From Zootoca vivipara (Eukaryota): DNA of 64,000 nucleotides. Shown in pieces: positions 25,041 through 38,608 of this stretch. The translations under genes were made by a program, and so were the position numbers. Location of the stretch: positions 5,642,001 to 5,706,000 of the forward strand of contig NC_083290.1 in assembly GCF_963506605.1 (NCBI RefSeq), written 5' to 3'. Numbering within the stretch: position 1 is the stretch's first letter; every line of letters begins with the position of its first letter. Under the pieces are notes generated by a model that was not told where the DNA came from, ran no database searches, and saw only the letters and a list, made by a program, of their open reading frames with translations.

Positions 25041-25468
25041 TGTCAGGGGACCTTCCTACAGGGAACCTCCCCCCATCCTGCTGACCAACACTTCGCCCAG
25101 TGAGTGCAGCAGCAGTAGGTCAGGTGGGACGAATTAGGAAGTTAGCAGGATGGAGGAGGCAAGACTCAGTGATGTGGGAGAGCCCTTCAGCCGCCTTGAC
25201 CAAGAGGTGGAGGGGAACAGGCAGCCCTTTCCGGCGCCCAAATTAAGGCACGCCACTAAACGTAAGGTCGGGAGGAGGCGTTTCGGGGTGCCCAAGCTCT
25301 TATGCTGGTCACGCAACAGGAAACGCCCACTCCCAGATTCTGCGAGTGACTAGGAGGTCATGTTTTCTGCTATCTCTGCACTGTAAATATTATGCACAAT
25401 AAAACCGTTAAAGACAAGCACAGACTTGGGCATCTTTCCTCGAGAGTAGCCGCAACAACACCATTACA
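25041..25468 (+). mobile_element. Solo LTR (Gypsy/ERV-like), copy A, inserted inside an old hAT MITE
   Basis: TG...CA termini, exact 5-bp TSD ATGGC and AATAAA at 25398-25403. Homologous to 34876-35343. Confidence 0.85.
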
Positions 25469-27552
25469 ATGGCCAATGGTCAGGGATGATGGGAGATGCA
25501 GTCTGGAAACATCTGGAGAACAAGAGCTCCCACCCACACCTAGTCTGCCCATTCGCCTCTAGTGCCCAATTATTTCCTCAGTTCCCTCTAAGATAAGTAC
25601 ATTCATTGGACTGAGTGAGAAGAACCAGTTTATTGGCTCCACCCTTTAAGCTCCCAGATTTAACCATTTAATTCGGGCGTGGGAAACCTGTAGCTCTCCA
25701 GGTGTTGCTGGACTCCAACTCCTATCAGCTTGAGTTGGAACAGCCAGTGTTCGGAGATGATGGAATATGTAGTTCAACACGATCTGGAGGGCCACAGATT
25801 CCCCAGCCCTGATCTCTGATAAAAGGGGCCTAAAAAGGAACACTTGAATTCTTCAAGGTTCTTCTAGGGAAGGGGGGGGGAGATCCCTTTCCTACACACA
25901 CATACACTACCATTTTCGACAAGACATTAATCACTACCGTTTTATAATCCACAAGCGATTAAACAAACGTCTGTAATTACGAGCAGATGCAATACTCCAG
26001 GCACAGGAAAGGAACTGCATTATAAACGCACAGTAAATTTTACATAGAGAGAGAGAGATATGATATAATCAAAGAGCAGGTTAGAGAGAGAGAGCTTCAT
26101 TTAATTTATTTATGCAGACGTAAGATGCCTTGTTACTGGAGGCATACAAGCACATTGCAGGGCGTACAAGAACATTACAACTCAATCCTTTCCCCACACC
26201 CAAGTATCAAATGCATTCAGTACAACCATAGACTGGAATTAAAAGGAAGCTTTTTTGGCCAAGAACAGCAGCTTTGTGTCGTCTTTTCTTATCTTCCTCC
26301 AGTAACATCTAGTAACTTAAAGCATGTGACACAGCACCATAATGCAAAGAGATTGGCCATCATGCTTCACAAGGTGTTGTTTGCAGAGGGCAAGGAAACA
26401 TGGAACGACGTGGTGACATCGGATCATATGCTTTGTTTCGATAGGCATTACTAGAGGAAGCAACAAAAGGCTACCCCTTGCGGTGGTGGCGCCCTGGTCA
26501 GGAGCTGCTGTCTGTTCCCACATCTGGCAAACAGGGTCACTGTGGCTTCTCAAGGGAGACTCAAGAACTAGCAACAACGCCACGATCTGGGAAGCAAGGT
26601 CGCTACAGCTCAGGAATGTGTCAAGCACAGTTGAACGCTCCCCTATACACACAGGGGAGAAAGGTGATTCAATGTGAGTTTAAAGGAGAACCTACAAAAT
26701 TTGCACCTTCCGAAACATTATGCAAGCAGAAAAAAGGCATCCTTCAAAACCTGCTCTACTCCAAATTCTGCAATGCAGTTCTTCTGCAAAGTCATATGCA
26801 CAAAAAAACGCATATCACAGGAAGATAACATACAAAATGCATTATATTAGTGGAAATTGCTTTGCAGAAATATTAATATTGGGCAAATTTGCATACAAAA
26901 TGTGTGTATTAGGAGAAATTTGCATGAAAAAGCTGATGGATTTTCATGAGAATTTTTTATAAAAAAAAATCACAAACCGATGTGGAATGTGGAGAAGTGA
27001 AGAATGGAAAAATGAGAAATGGAGAGAAGTTGATTGTGTATAAGTGGGGGGGGTGCCTGTATTGTGGCTGCTCTGCTATTATTATCTTTCAAACTAACTG
27101 TTTTCTGTGAGCTACTTTAAGCACAAGGTATTTGTGGAAAACTGAGTATATAAATGAACTATGATTAATCGATTAAATATATGACCCCTGAGTAGCTTGA
27201 GTCCAGGATTAGACCATGGGTTAGTCAGTGAGCCCATGCGCAATGCTCCTAGTTGTCCCTCGTTCCAAAGAAGCCTGACAGGACTCCACTAGAAGTCAGG
27301 CATTTCATGTGACTGATCTCATGCTGTGGAGCACTCTTCATCAGCGATTCTGCAGGCATCCTTGCTGTTAACCTTCAGACGTATCCTAAGGACTTTTCTA
27401 TGCCCACAGGCCTCTTCAGTTTTCTTTTTTAGATGAGCCACTCATTCCTGTAGTTATCTGGTAGTGCTCTGCAATATCTTACATTGCCAACTGCCTTGAC
27501 ATTGAATGTGAGTGGACAGTATGTAAATACTTCAGTAAATGAATAAATAAAC

Positions 27553-27690
27553 CAGGGTTCCCCAAACTTGGGTCTCAAGCTGTTTTTGGACAACAACTCC
27601 CATCATCCCTCACTAGAGAGAGACCAGTGGTCAGGGATGATGGGAATTGTAGTCCCAAAACAGCTGAATACCCAACTTGCAGAAATCCTG
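27553..27690. mobile_element. hAT MITE (hairpin family)
   Basis: CAGGG...CCTG termini and 8-bp TSD AAATAAAC. Confidence 0.85.
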
Positions 27691-28839
27691 AAATAAACAA
27701 ATAAATGAGGCAATAGGTTCAAAAGGGGATAACCCAAACTCACAGAGAACAAGGCTATCCATGACTACTAGTCCTACTGGCTATGTTCCACTTCCAGCAC
27801 TGGAGGCGGAATGCCTCTGAAAACCAGTTGCTCAGAATTGCAAGTGGGGAGAGTTGCTGTTGCTGGCTTCAGGCTCTCCATAGGCATCAGGTTGGCCACT
27901 GTGAGAACAGGATGCTGTGTTAGATGGGCCAGTGTCTTGACCCAGCATGCACTTCTTTTGTTCACACATGCACACAGTGAGCCTTTCAGTGGGGTTGCAT
28001 CAGAGGGCAGAAGTGCTAAGTTTTGATCCAGACAAAATGGGTACAAGTAGGGAGCCCACTTTGGTCCCGCTTGTGGGCTTCACACAGGAATCATTTGGTC
28101 ACTATGAGAACAGGTTGGTGGATTAGATGGGCCGTTGGATCGATCCAGAACGGCTTTTCTATGTTCCTATGTGGCCAGCAGGTTGGCAAAAGCTAACTTG
28201 CATTGGACGTCACCCATGTATTGTAATATGAATTGTAATACAGTATTTTAACGCACTGTGGTATTTTGAACTTGTTGCAGGAGTGGTGCATAGGCTCTAG
28301 GAGGGATGGCTGATTCCCCCCCCCCCTTTGATAATCTTTAACCTTTCCCATGCCATATCAGCTGTCCTCCTGATCCATTAGTGCTAATGGCCAGGCTCTC
28401 ACATAAGCTGTTAGTATTCATTAAGGAGTTATCAAGTAACGAGAGAAAGCAGATGCCCGGGTGTTTTTGTTGGGGGGGGGGGTTGTTTGAGGGTGGAGAG
28501 TGTCAAATCATTTCTGCCAGCTTGGGATTTAAAAGACACAAAGAGAGAAGTGACTACAGATGTTATTGAGTGACACGGAAACCTGGGTGTGTAGATTTGC
28601 TGTTTGACATTCAGAAGAACATCCTTCTTTTAGCCTGTCACGTCGTCAACGGAAATAAATGTAAAAGGACTTCTGTTAAAAATGCTGATAACACCACTGT
28701 CTGTATTTAAAAAAAAAATAATGTCTGGTTTCCCATTAATGTGATGCCATGTTGTGGCATTATGGCATGAAAGCTGGCTTTGAGAAGTTCCTAGTTTCAA
28801 ACTCCCCTCCACCATGAGCCACCAGAACTGGCAGTTGGG

Positions 28840-29271
28840 GTGGCTGAACCTGTAGATTTCATTTTTTCATTCTTTTCAAATATTATGTTCAGTTCTCCAT
28901 ACTTCCAAATCAGTTTGCATTTTTTTAAAAATCAACAGTGTGCATGAAAATTCATCAACACCTTTGTGCAAATTTCTCTTAAGAGCACTTTTGCAGGCAA
29001 TTTTTCCTAATGTACACATTTCTGCAAAGCAATTTCCCCATATGTAATGCATTTTGGTATGCTGATTTCACTAATGTATGCATTTTTATATCACCCCAGT
29101 ATTTGTATTTTTGGACACATTGTTTCGCTGTGGGATGGCATTGCAAAATTCACAGAAGTGCCAATTTCAAAAGATGGCTGCGGTTCGTTTCATGTATGGT
29201 TTCGGTAAGTGCTAATTAGGTGAACTTTGCCTTTAAATGCGAACTGAATTGAATTTCTCCTCCATCCCTAG
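28840..29271. mobile_element. Old AT-rich interspersed repeat, probably a non-autonomous DNA transposon; related copies at 26655-27030 and 43082-43385
   Basis: Shared blocks catgaaaattcatca, aatttctc.taatacac and gaatttctcctccatcccta across three locations. Confidence 0.55.
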
Positions 29272-30890
29272 TCAGAAGTAGTGAGGAATCTCTTGAACTG
29301 CTCCTGGCTTTCCCCAGAAACTGGGACAAAATGAGAATATGCTTTCACAATACCTATTCTGCTGGAACTCAGGGAAGAGTAAAGGTTAACAGCCTCTGCA
29401 AGCACTTTGAGGGTTCTGAGTGCCTCCCAGCCTAGAAGCTGAATCCTCTCCTCCCCTGAATCCTCTTGTCATAGGGCATGGAGGAAAGGAAGGGGAATGG
29501 GAAAATAAAGCTTGGCTACCAAAAGGGGCGGGCGGGTTGTACACAGTGGTAGAGCATCTGTTCTGCAGAAGACCCCAGGTTCAATCATCAGCATCTGCAG
29601 GTAGGACTCAGAATAAGGCAGCTTCCTATGGTCCTAATACCCAGCTGATCCATCTGTTCCTGCATCGCTGGATGACAGCTGAGGCACCCTTATTTAAACA
29701 TGCAGGTGGCAATCTAAAAATGAATAGTTTTGTTGTCATTTTAAAGAATAGCCAAGTATACATGACAGTGCTGATAAAATTAAGAAAGGAAAACAAAGAT
29801 ACTGCTTTTCCTTCCCAGTAATAGTGAAGAACTTGACAGACTACACAACTTCAACACAATATATCCACCCACAACTCATAGGAAGGGAGATCCACATTTG
29901 CCCTGAGCAATACAAAACCTGTGATTTTTTTCTCCCCATTTATCCGTGGCTCCATTGGCATTGGCAGTCATCATTATGGGACACACATTTCTTTTCCTTT
30001 TTAAGGTTTTATTTGTTTTTCCTAAGGAAATTGCATGACCTCTGCCTCCCTTTGTGGGTTTCTCTGGAGTTGTTGTTTTGTTGAGGTCAACCAGGCCTCT
30101 CCAATTGAAAACTCCCTTTCTGATCCCTCTTCTTCAAAACCACCATGTTTTCTCTCGCAAAGTGAGAAGCTGGCAAGTTATAATCAGTAGAGCCTGCGAG
30201 AGCCAATCATTTGCTGACCAACACTGCAATTTTGTATTTGTTGTTAGTGAAAACAGAATGCACATAGGAATGCACATATTTCACAGCACTAGGGTGCAGC
30301 AATCGGTGTAGACAGATTTCGTATTCTTTTAACCAAGTTGCTGGTGCTTATGGCAGTAAAAACTCTTATATTCTGTCAACATTTACACTTATTTATTTAT
30401 ACTTGTTCATTACTATATCCCACCCTTCCTCCAAGGAGCTCAGAGTGGCTTACATGACTCCCTCTCCCTATTTCATCCCCACAAGAACCCCGTGTGATAA
30501 CAGGCTGAGAGCTGCTTTACCAGTGAACTTCATGCGTGAGCAGGTTGGCAGGTAGGGGATGACCTCGTGTTATCCCCCAAACAAGCCTTTTAGTTATTAT
30601 CAGAGTTCAAGGACACACTCCAGCAAGGCAAAAACACTCAAGGAGGGTATGAAGAAGGATCAGTGAGGGCTATGTCCTGGAGAGACTTCCAAGGGCCAGA
30701 CAGAAAGGTCCTGTGGGCGACTTTTGGCCTCTGGGCCTGATGCTCCTCCCTCCTGGGCTACAGCAAGTTTCAGTAGTTTTAAAAGAAGTTTCAGAATCGG
30801 TTTTCAGGGCAGGATGGGCTGTTGCTCTTGTATATTTGTTTTTATCCTATGCACCATTCTGAAAACCTGATCTGCGCTAAAAAGAATTTA

Positions 30891-31160
<270 letters not shown>

Positions 31161-32457
31161 TCATACAGATTGCACAAAAACAAAACAGCCCCCAAACCTC
31201 AATAAACTGCTAACATTTTTCTCCTCTCTCTCCCTTTTAAAATAATCTTTCGGGTGCCACCCAAACTGTCATGTACTCTGCCTTTTATATAAGTGTGTAT
31301 TGTGTGTGTACACACACACAAATAACTTTAGAATGGGGAAATTGGTGAGAGGGAGAAGATATAAAGCTGGCAGCCCTCCCACAACATAAATCTGAGTGGC
31401 TATCAAGTAAGACTCAGATCCATGACAACTTGAAGCCGTTGGCATGCCAAGGACCGAAGGGTGCCGCGTATTCTGAAATATATAGATATTTTTAAGGTTT
31501 AGAAAGGGTAAGCTTGTGAAAAAGCGTCATGGCTCACTAATATATTTAGACACAGAGCCATCTTTAGCATATGCACCACTGGGGTGCAAAGATCTGCCCA
31601 GTGCCCCTGAGCTTTTTGGGGGAGGGGAAAGCCAAAGCTGTTGACCTTTTTTTAGGGGGAGCCGAACTCAAAGTTTTGGGGGGGGAGTTGCTCACCTGTA
31701 ACAAGGAGGCAGCAAAGAAACCTGCTTTTGTTTCCTGACTCATTGGGAATATTTGATGCTATGGAGTAACAGAGCGACAGAGGAGGGGGTGGGGACTTTC
31801 GCTCCATTGCTTTTCGCTGCCGCCGATCAAGAAGGACAGGTATACTACAGTACGTATACATTTGGCGCCCACCAGAGTTCAGTGCCCGGGTGTACCGCAC
31901 CCCCTGCACCCCGGGTAAAGAAAGCCCTGTTTAGACATATAGCTAAAAAGATATTTTAATTTAACAGGGGATTGGGCAGGAGCAGCAAGTTGGGTTGAAC
32001 CACTGACTCATTTGCACTGAGCTCGCGCAGGTCCTTACACAGCCAAAATGGCTCCGTCCACATACAATAGGAAAGTACCAGCAGGAATCCCAAGGAAATA
32101 TTGGCAGAAGAGGGAAGAAATCCTTCTAAAACAGCCCAATGAGGACTGAGAGTGCACAGCAGCCATGGAGTCATGGCTGATTGTTGGAGGAGGGCTAGAA
32201 TGGAAAATGGGAGGAGAGAATGGAATGAAGCAGCTGGAAACCTGAACAGGAGCACCCTGCCACGCTGCAGCATTTTGTTGCAGATCCCATTTTTATCTCC
32301 TGTTTGTATAACCTAATTATAAAGAGCTTCCTTACAACCATGAACAGACATGCCTCTATAATTATTTGTCACTAGCAAAATGCCTGTTATTTTATGACAG
32401 GCCAGGGACGGGTGGGTTTGTCCGTGTGCATTCTCCTCGCATTTATTCCGTGAAGGC

Positions 32458-32698
32458 TAGGGTTGCCACATTTCAAAAAGTGAAAAGTGAGCTTTTTAAA
32501 ACTTTACCCAAAGTAGTTGAGCTTCAAAATTGCAAAAAAAAAAAAGACATTTTCCAACTTTTTCTAAGGAAAATTGGCAAAAACGACACTGCCGACATGG
32601 GTTGCCATACATCCGGATTTTCCCAGACATTTTGCAGATTTCCGCCCGGACACTGCTTCCTGCTGCATGTCCGGAAATTCTGGATGTATGGCAACCTA
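32458..32698. mobile_element. hAT (Blackjack-like) non-autonomous element with an internal duplicated terminus
   Basis: TAGGGTTGCCA...TGGCAACCTA termini. A second GGGTTGCCATACATCCGGA at ~32599 pairs with the right end. Confidence 0.65.
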
Positions 32699-32951
32699 AG
32701 AAGGCATTTGGCACCATATCTAACTGAAACAAAAGCACACGCGTCTTCATCCTGTTACCTTTCCCTCTCTCTCCCCAATGTCCTCATCTTTCCATCGCTT
32801 GACTTCCTCGCCGTGGAAATGTTGACTGTAAGCTCCTTAGGTCACAAAGCACCACGCACGCTGAGAGCGTAATAAATCATAATCATGATAGCAAGGGGAC
32901 CACCGGGAGGCTTAACATCCTTGCCAACGTTCCTGCAACTACAGAACTTTA

Positions 32952-33116
<165 letters not shown>

Positions 33117-33527
33117 TTATGAACAACAAAATACAGGGGAAACCAGAAGTTGCATGGATGTTCATCTCAGTTTCTTTTTTTCCCACTGGAAAACTTGAGC
33201 TTAAACGAAGGTATGGCCACAAAGTTTCCCATTATAAAGGATGCTGCATTAGTTCAAGAATGAGGAACCTGTGCCTGCACCCTAACTATTGCTGGACTCC
33301 AGCTCCCATCAGCCCCAGCTAGTGCTTCTGTTTCTGGCCCTGCCCAATCCTGGCATGCAGCCCCCAGAAGGTTACCCAGAAGGGAATGCGGCCTTCAGGC
33401 AGAAAAAAAAAGTTACTGTAGTTAAACATGGCAGTCACTGGACTCCAGGATTTGGTATAATTCATGCAACTTGATCAACACAAATTATGTTATTCTGTCC
33501 CATGAACGGAATGGCGCAAGATGATGG

Positions 33528-33640
33528 GCTACATCCAACTAAGCTTTACTCAGAGGAGACCCAGCTGAAATTAATTTGCCTAAGTTAGTCATGTCCATTA
33601 CTTTCAATGGGTCTACTCTGAGTATGACTAATATTGGACA
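33528..33640. repeat. Palindromic MITE-like repeat; related copies at 35400-35470 and 52550-53010
   Basis: ttactcagag.agaccc..tgaaattaat ... attactttcaatgggtctactctgagta inverted arms. Confidence 0.6.
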
Positions 33641-34875
33641 CAGCTGTCTCTTTTTCCATGTACGACCCCCTGCCCAGTATTTAAGCTTTCCTAACTTCAA
33701 GGCTTGTCAAGGCATTGGGGTCGGTTCTTCTCAAGACCCTCTGAGCAACTTTCCATCAGGCTTCCCAGTAGGCTATCATGGATGTTTTTTTAAAAAAATG
33801 GTGGGTCATTTAGCCTTCTTTACTTGCTCAGAGGAATAGCAGTCCTCATCATAAAGCCTTTCAGATTTGTACATTTGGGGAGGTGGGGGGGGAGCATTGA
33901 TTTGCTTCAAGGAGGTCTGAAGCCACAGACTGTCTCCAGTTTGGACTGTCCTATATATCATTACATTGGCCCCACATAAGCTTAAAGGGACATTTGACCC
34001 ATCCTCTCAATAGGCAAGGTAAGCTGATACACTGTTAAAGTGACTTATACCCCCTTTACCCCAAACAGAACAAGGGGAAGAGGGGAGAGAGACTTTTATA
34101 CAATTCCCTTCTTGCCATATCCATTTTATATGGCTTTTAAAATATACGCCAATGACATCTATCATTCTCTTCATCTTGTCCCACTTAGATTGGTTTTGGG
34201 TTTCTTGAAAAAGCCTTTTCAGTAGACGGTTCTCTTCCATCCCTTCTAATGAACATGTCCGTGGGTTGGTTTCTTTTTTTCAAAAGAAATAAAAATAATT
34301 GTCTGCCTCTTCCCAGCCCAGTGGATACTCAACACTGCTTGATCTCCCAACCATGGTCAAGAGAGCAAGAGCACCTCCTCTCCTATCATAAAGGAATCAC
34401 CTTTTGTAGCAAACCATGGTTAGCATTATGTCTACATCTGGGGGATGAGGGGAGTGGGTTGGAAACCATAGTTAGCTCCAGATCACAGTTTCCAAACCCA
34501 TTTCTTGTTGTGTAATAGCTGTGTAAGTAACCATTGCTAGGTTTTTTTAATAATTAAAAAATGCTGGTGCAGACCCAACAGTAGCCATTGTTGAGTCTGA
34601 AAACGGAAGGGGGAATTCATGACTGAGATTGTGTAGCTGCATAGCCCAGTCCTAACCCTGAAGAGTTCAGACAATTGGTTGAGCCAGAGCATTTAGGCAT
34701 TTCAGAGCTCATTTCCAGGAGTGGCCAACATGGCGCCCTTCAAATGTTGTTGGACTCCATCAGCCCTAGCCATCATAGCCAATAATCAGCAAGAAATAAT
34801 CAGTAGAACTGCAATAACACCTAGAGAGTAGTACATTGCCTACCTCTGTGTTAATCCAAGAAGAATTTGGGTATG

Positions 34876-35343
34876 TGTCAGGGGATTGTTGCGGCTACTC
34901 TCAGGTAAAGACGCTCCAGTCCGCTCTGTCTTTCAGAGTTTTATTGTGAATATTATTTACAGTGCAGAGATATCAGAAAACATGACTGCCTAGTCCGATT
35001 CAGAACCCGGCAATGGCTGCTTACGGCTCTTCGGCCAGCATAAAAGTCTGGGCACCCCAAGGTGCCTCCCCCTAGCCCTGCTTGTGGGCGCGCGCCTCAA
35101 TTCGGGCGCCAGAAGGGGCTGCGTTCCTTCTCCCGTCCTTTGGTTGGAGCGTTGCAGAGGCTCCGGCACCTCGCTGCGCTGTCCTTCCCCCTCTGGCCAG
35201 CTGGCTCTGACATGTCTGAGAGCCCTCTCTCCACCCCGCTCCATTCCTCATTCCCTCCTCCTGACCCGCTGCTAGTGCTGTCACTGGGCGAAGTGCTGGT
35301 CAAGATGACTGGAGGAGGGTCCCTGTAAGGAGTCCCCCTGACA
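34876..35343 (-). mobile_element. Solo LTR (Gypsy/ERV-like), copy B of the same family
   Basis: TGTCAGGGG inverted termini at both ends, TSD GTATG/GTCTG and minus-strand AATAAA at 34940-34945. Colinear with copy A. Confidence 0.85.
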
Positions 35344-38031
35344 GTCTGAGAGAGCTAACTTCAACATCTGAGAATTGGGTGTTTGAAGGCATGGATTTAA
35401 GGAACATGACTAGCTTGGGTCCATTAATTTCAATAGGTCTACTCTGAGTAACACTTGGTTGAACACAACCTGTGGATAACGTATCACTATAGGGTTATTA
35501 GTCATGAAATTGCAAGGAACGCGTGTGTGCAGAGGCAGCCTACACCAAATGCTGGAGGCACAAGCAATAGCAGAAGGTACCACCACCACACCTGACTTGA
35601 AAGCTCCCAGAGGCATCTGGCTGGTTGCTGCTGAAGACAGAATGCTGGACTAGTTTGCTGAACTATCTCCTAGCCACAATGGCCAGGTTCTGCCTCCACG
35701 AGAGTATGTATGTCTCTGAATACTTGGTTCTGCCCCCAACATAATGCCTGCCCTCCTAAAATAAATCCTGGCTACGCCCATGCACCAGGGCTATTCTGAT
35801 GTTATACTCATGCTCTTAGGATCATGCCTTGTGCCGAGCTCAGGTGCACTGGACTATTCAGTCCAGCATTCCGTGGTCTCAGTGAGAAGTCATTCCTAAT
35901 GGTGCTAATTTGAGATCCTTTTCACTGGATGCTGAAAACGAGACCTGTGCCCAACCACCAGGCTGCAGGAGCTCAGTAGACTGAGCATGGGTGAACGCAA
36001 GCAGCTTCTATGAACTGTCTGGCTGCAAAGCATGTGCTCTGCCACTGAGCTGCGGCCCCTTAAGATGTCTGGTGTGCCCACATAACTGATGAACTCCACC
36101 AAACTACTACAGTTAATCTAATCACATGAACATTAAGAAGAAAGAGAGAAAGAAAGAAAGAACTATGCACACAGAAGCACATCAACATGTTCAAGATCAA
36201 AGGTCTTTATTCTCTCCCCATAAGACGCCACCACCCTGCATCAGCCAGATAATCAAACCAAAATGGGAACAGATCAAGACAAACAGAGGTGTAGAACGGG
36301 AACAGGGTAAATAAAGGATAGGAGGGGACGCTTTTGTTGCATGACACTGTTTATTCCCAGGAGACAGAAAAAAACAAATTGCCGAATCCTTTCAACTAAT
36401 ATTTTGTTTGTTCCTCCAAAAAGAAAGGGATAAATTAAACTTGTTTATAAAGACTATGAAGTAATATAGCTTGCAAATGTGTTTACAGAATCCCCTTGGA
36501 GATGAAAAGCTGTATAGAAATGCCACCACTCTCCCAGAGCCGTCGCATCTTCCATTGTTCTGAAGACTTCCTCTTGTTTAGATCTGCCCTTGACCTCCTC
36601 CCCAACCTGGCCTCCAACCTGGACCCTGCCAAGAGGAGACCCTTAATTCCTGGTGCAGTTTTGGCAAGGGCATTATGAGAACCAGACGAAGCCAAAGTCT
36701 AAGAGACTTCATCCAAACATTCTCCTGAACACCCAGTCACCCTCATCTAGCCCCAAGATTATCTACTTGGCTCATCAGGGTCTCAGGCAGACAGAAGTCT
36801 TTCTCAGCCCTGCCAACTGGGATCCTTGGGGCTGGAGACACCGGGACTATTGGCCAGGGACTTTCTTGTGCCCTAGACCACCACTACCCCAGTAGCATGT
36901 CTTCTTCCTTTTCAGCCTCTTATAACTCCTCTTCTCCCTAAGCAGGGGCAGGGAACCCTTTTTCAGCCAGAGGGCCACTTCCCCTTGTGGTTAAGTTCCC
37001 TGGGGCCGCATGCCAGTGGTGGGCAGGGCCAGAGGTGGGCTAGGCAATGGCTGCAACTCTTACTGTAGCAAGCTACTGTGCAGCAAGGCCGGGATGGCTA
37101 TGGCCTAGGAGGGCGATGGTGTAGGGGGAGTCTTGGGGTACAGACAGAGAGGTCCGGAACACTACAATCAGCTCCCAAGTCTGAGAGTCCTCACCAGGGG
37201 TGCCAACTTTAGTAAAATATTGGCAGAGCCCAGGTGAGCCCTGCCCTGCACAATTACATGATGTGGCGCGTGCGCGCGCACATGCACACACACCATTTGA
37301 ATGGGAATTCCTCTCAACTTTGGGGGGCTGGCCCCCTCAAATATTTTATTGGAGAGCCAAAGCAACCTCGGCCCCTAGGGGTCGGCTCCTACGGTCCTCA
37401 CCACTTACCTAAGAGGCTAGACACATCATAAGAGAAGCAGAGCAGAGAGAGATCTGTTTGAGAATCCCCTTCAGGGGAGCCCTGAAGTCTGCAACAGTAC
37501 TTAAGAAAATAAAAATAAAGTCTAAGGCGGCAAACAACAGCAAAATGGCTCAAAGAGGACTGAACACATGCAACAGCTTGGAACTCTCAGGAAGGAGAGG
37601 ACCAGGATGGGGTAACCAGGAGAAGGGTATCACTGAAAGCAACCCTGAACAGGAAGACTCCTGCTATGGTGTAAGGATGCACTGCAACTTTTTGTTACAG
37701 GTCCACTGGTCAGACACCATACATTTAAGGCATATTTACACCTACCTCCCAAAGAATCCTGGGAGTTTACCTACAGAGCTACGCTTCCAAACACCCTTAA
37801 CAAACGACAGTTCCCATGTTTCCTTGAGGTGTATGGGGTGGGAGTGGGAGAGAATGCGCTTTAAACGTATGTTACGGATGCAACCAAATGGTTATTCCTG
37901 AGTTGCAGGGGGTTGGACTAAATGACCCTTAGGATCCCTTTCAACTCGTACAATTCTAGGATCATGCTGGAGTCAGGCCTAGTCTTGCTGTGCTTCAGGC
38001 AGGAGCTCTGGCCAAAGGCAAACCCTGAGAT

Positions 38032-38081
<50 letters not shown>

Positions 38082-38608
38082 TGCACTACCCTGGAGACAG
38101 CCAATTCTTACTCTCATGCTTTCAAGAAGCAAACCTTTCCAGGTGCAGGAGCACCTCCAACCTTAATTCAGGGGGGAAGTGTATTGTGTGTCTTTTTTTT
38201 TCTTTGCCAAAGAGTGTTTCCATGTCTAGAAAACCGTGTTAGAAGCAGACAGGGCGCGCTCAGCATGTAGACATCCTCCAACTGCCTGGCTGCCTGTGAC
38301 AAAGCCTTTCAAAACTCAAAACGAACAGGGCAAGTGGAGTTTAAAGTGGTTTCCTAATCAAAGACAGCTGCATCGGGAAGCTGCAACAACATGCACCCCT
38401 GCAAGACGGGCCAAACTTTAAAAGGCAAACTATTCTGTCTCTGGTAAGGTTTTTCATTCCGAGCAGGCCAGCCAGCAGAAGCGCTCTGTCTTCCTTTCAG
38501 GGAGGCATCCAAAAAAACAGTGTTCACATGCAACTGCTCAGCTACTGAAGGATGCTGGCTACATAAAAGAGCATGCTGTACCTGAGCCTTGGGGGTTTAC
38601 AGAGAAGG

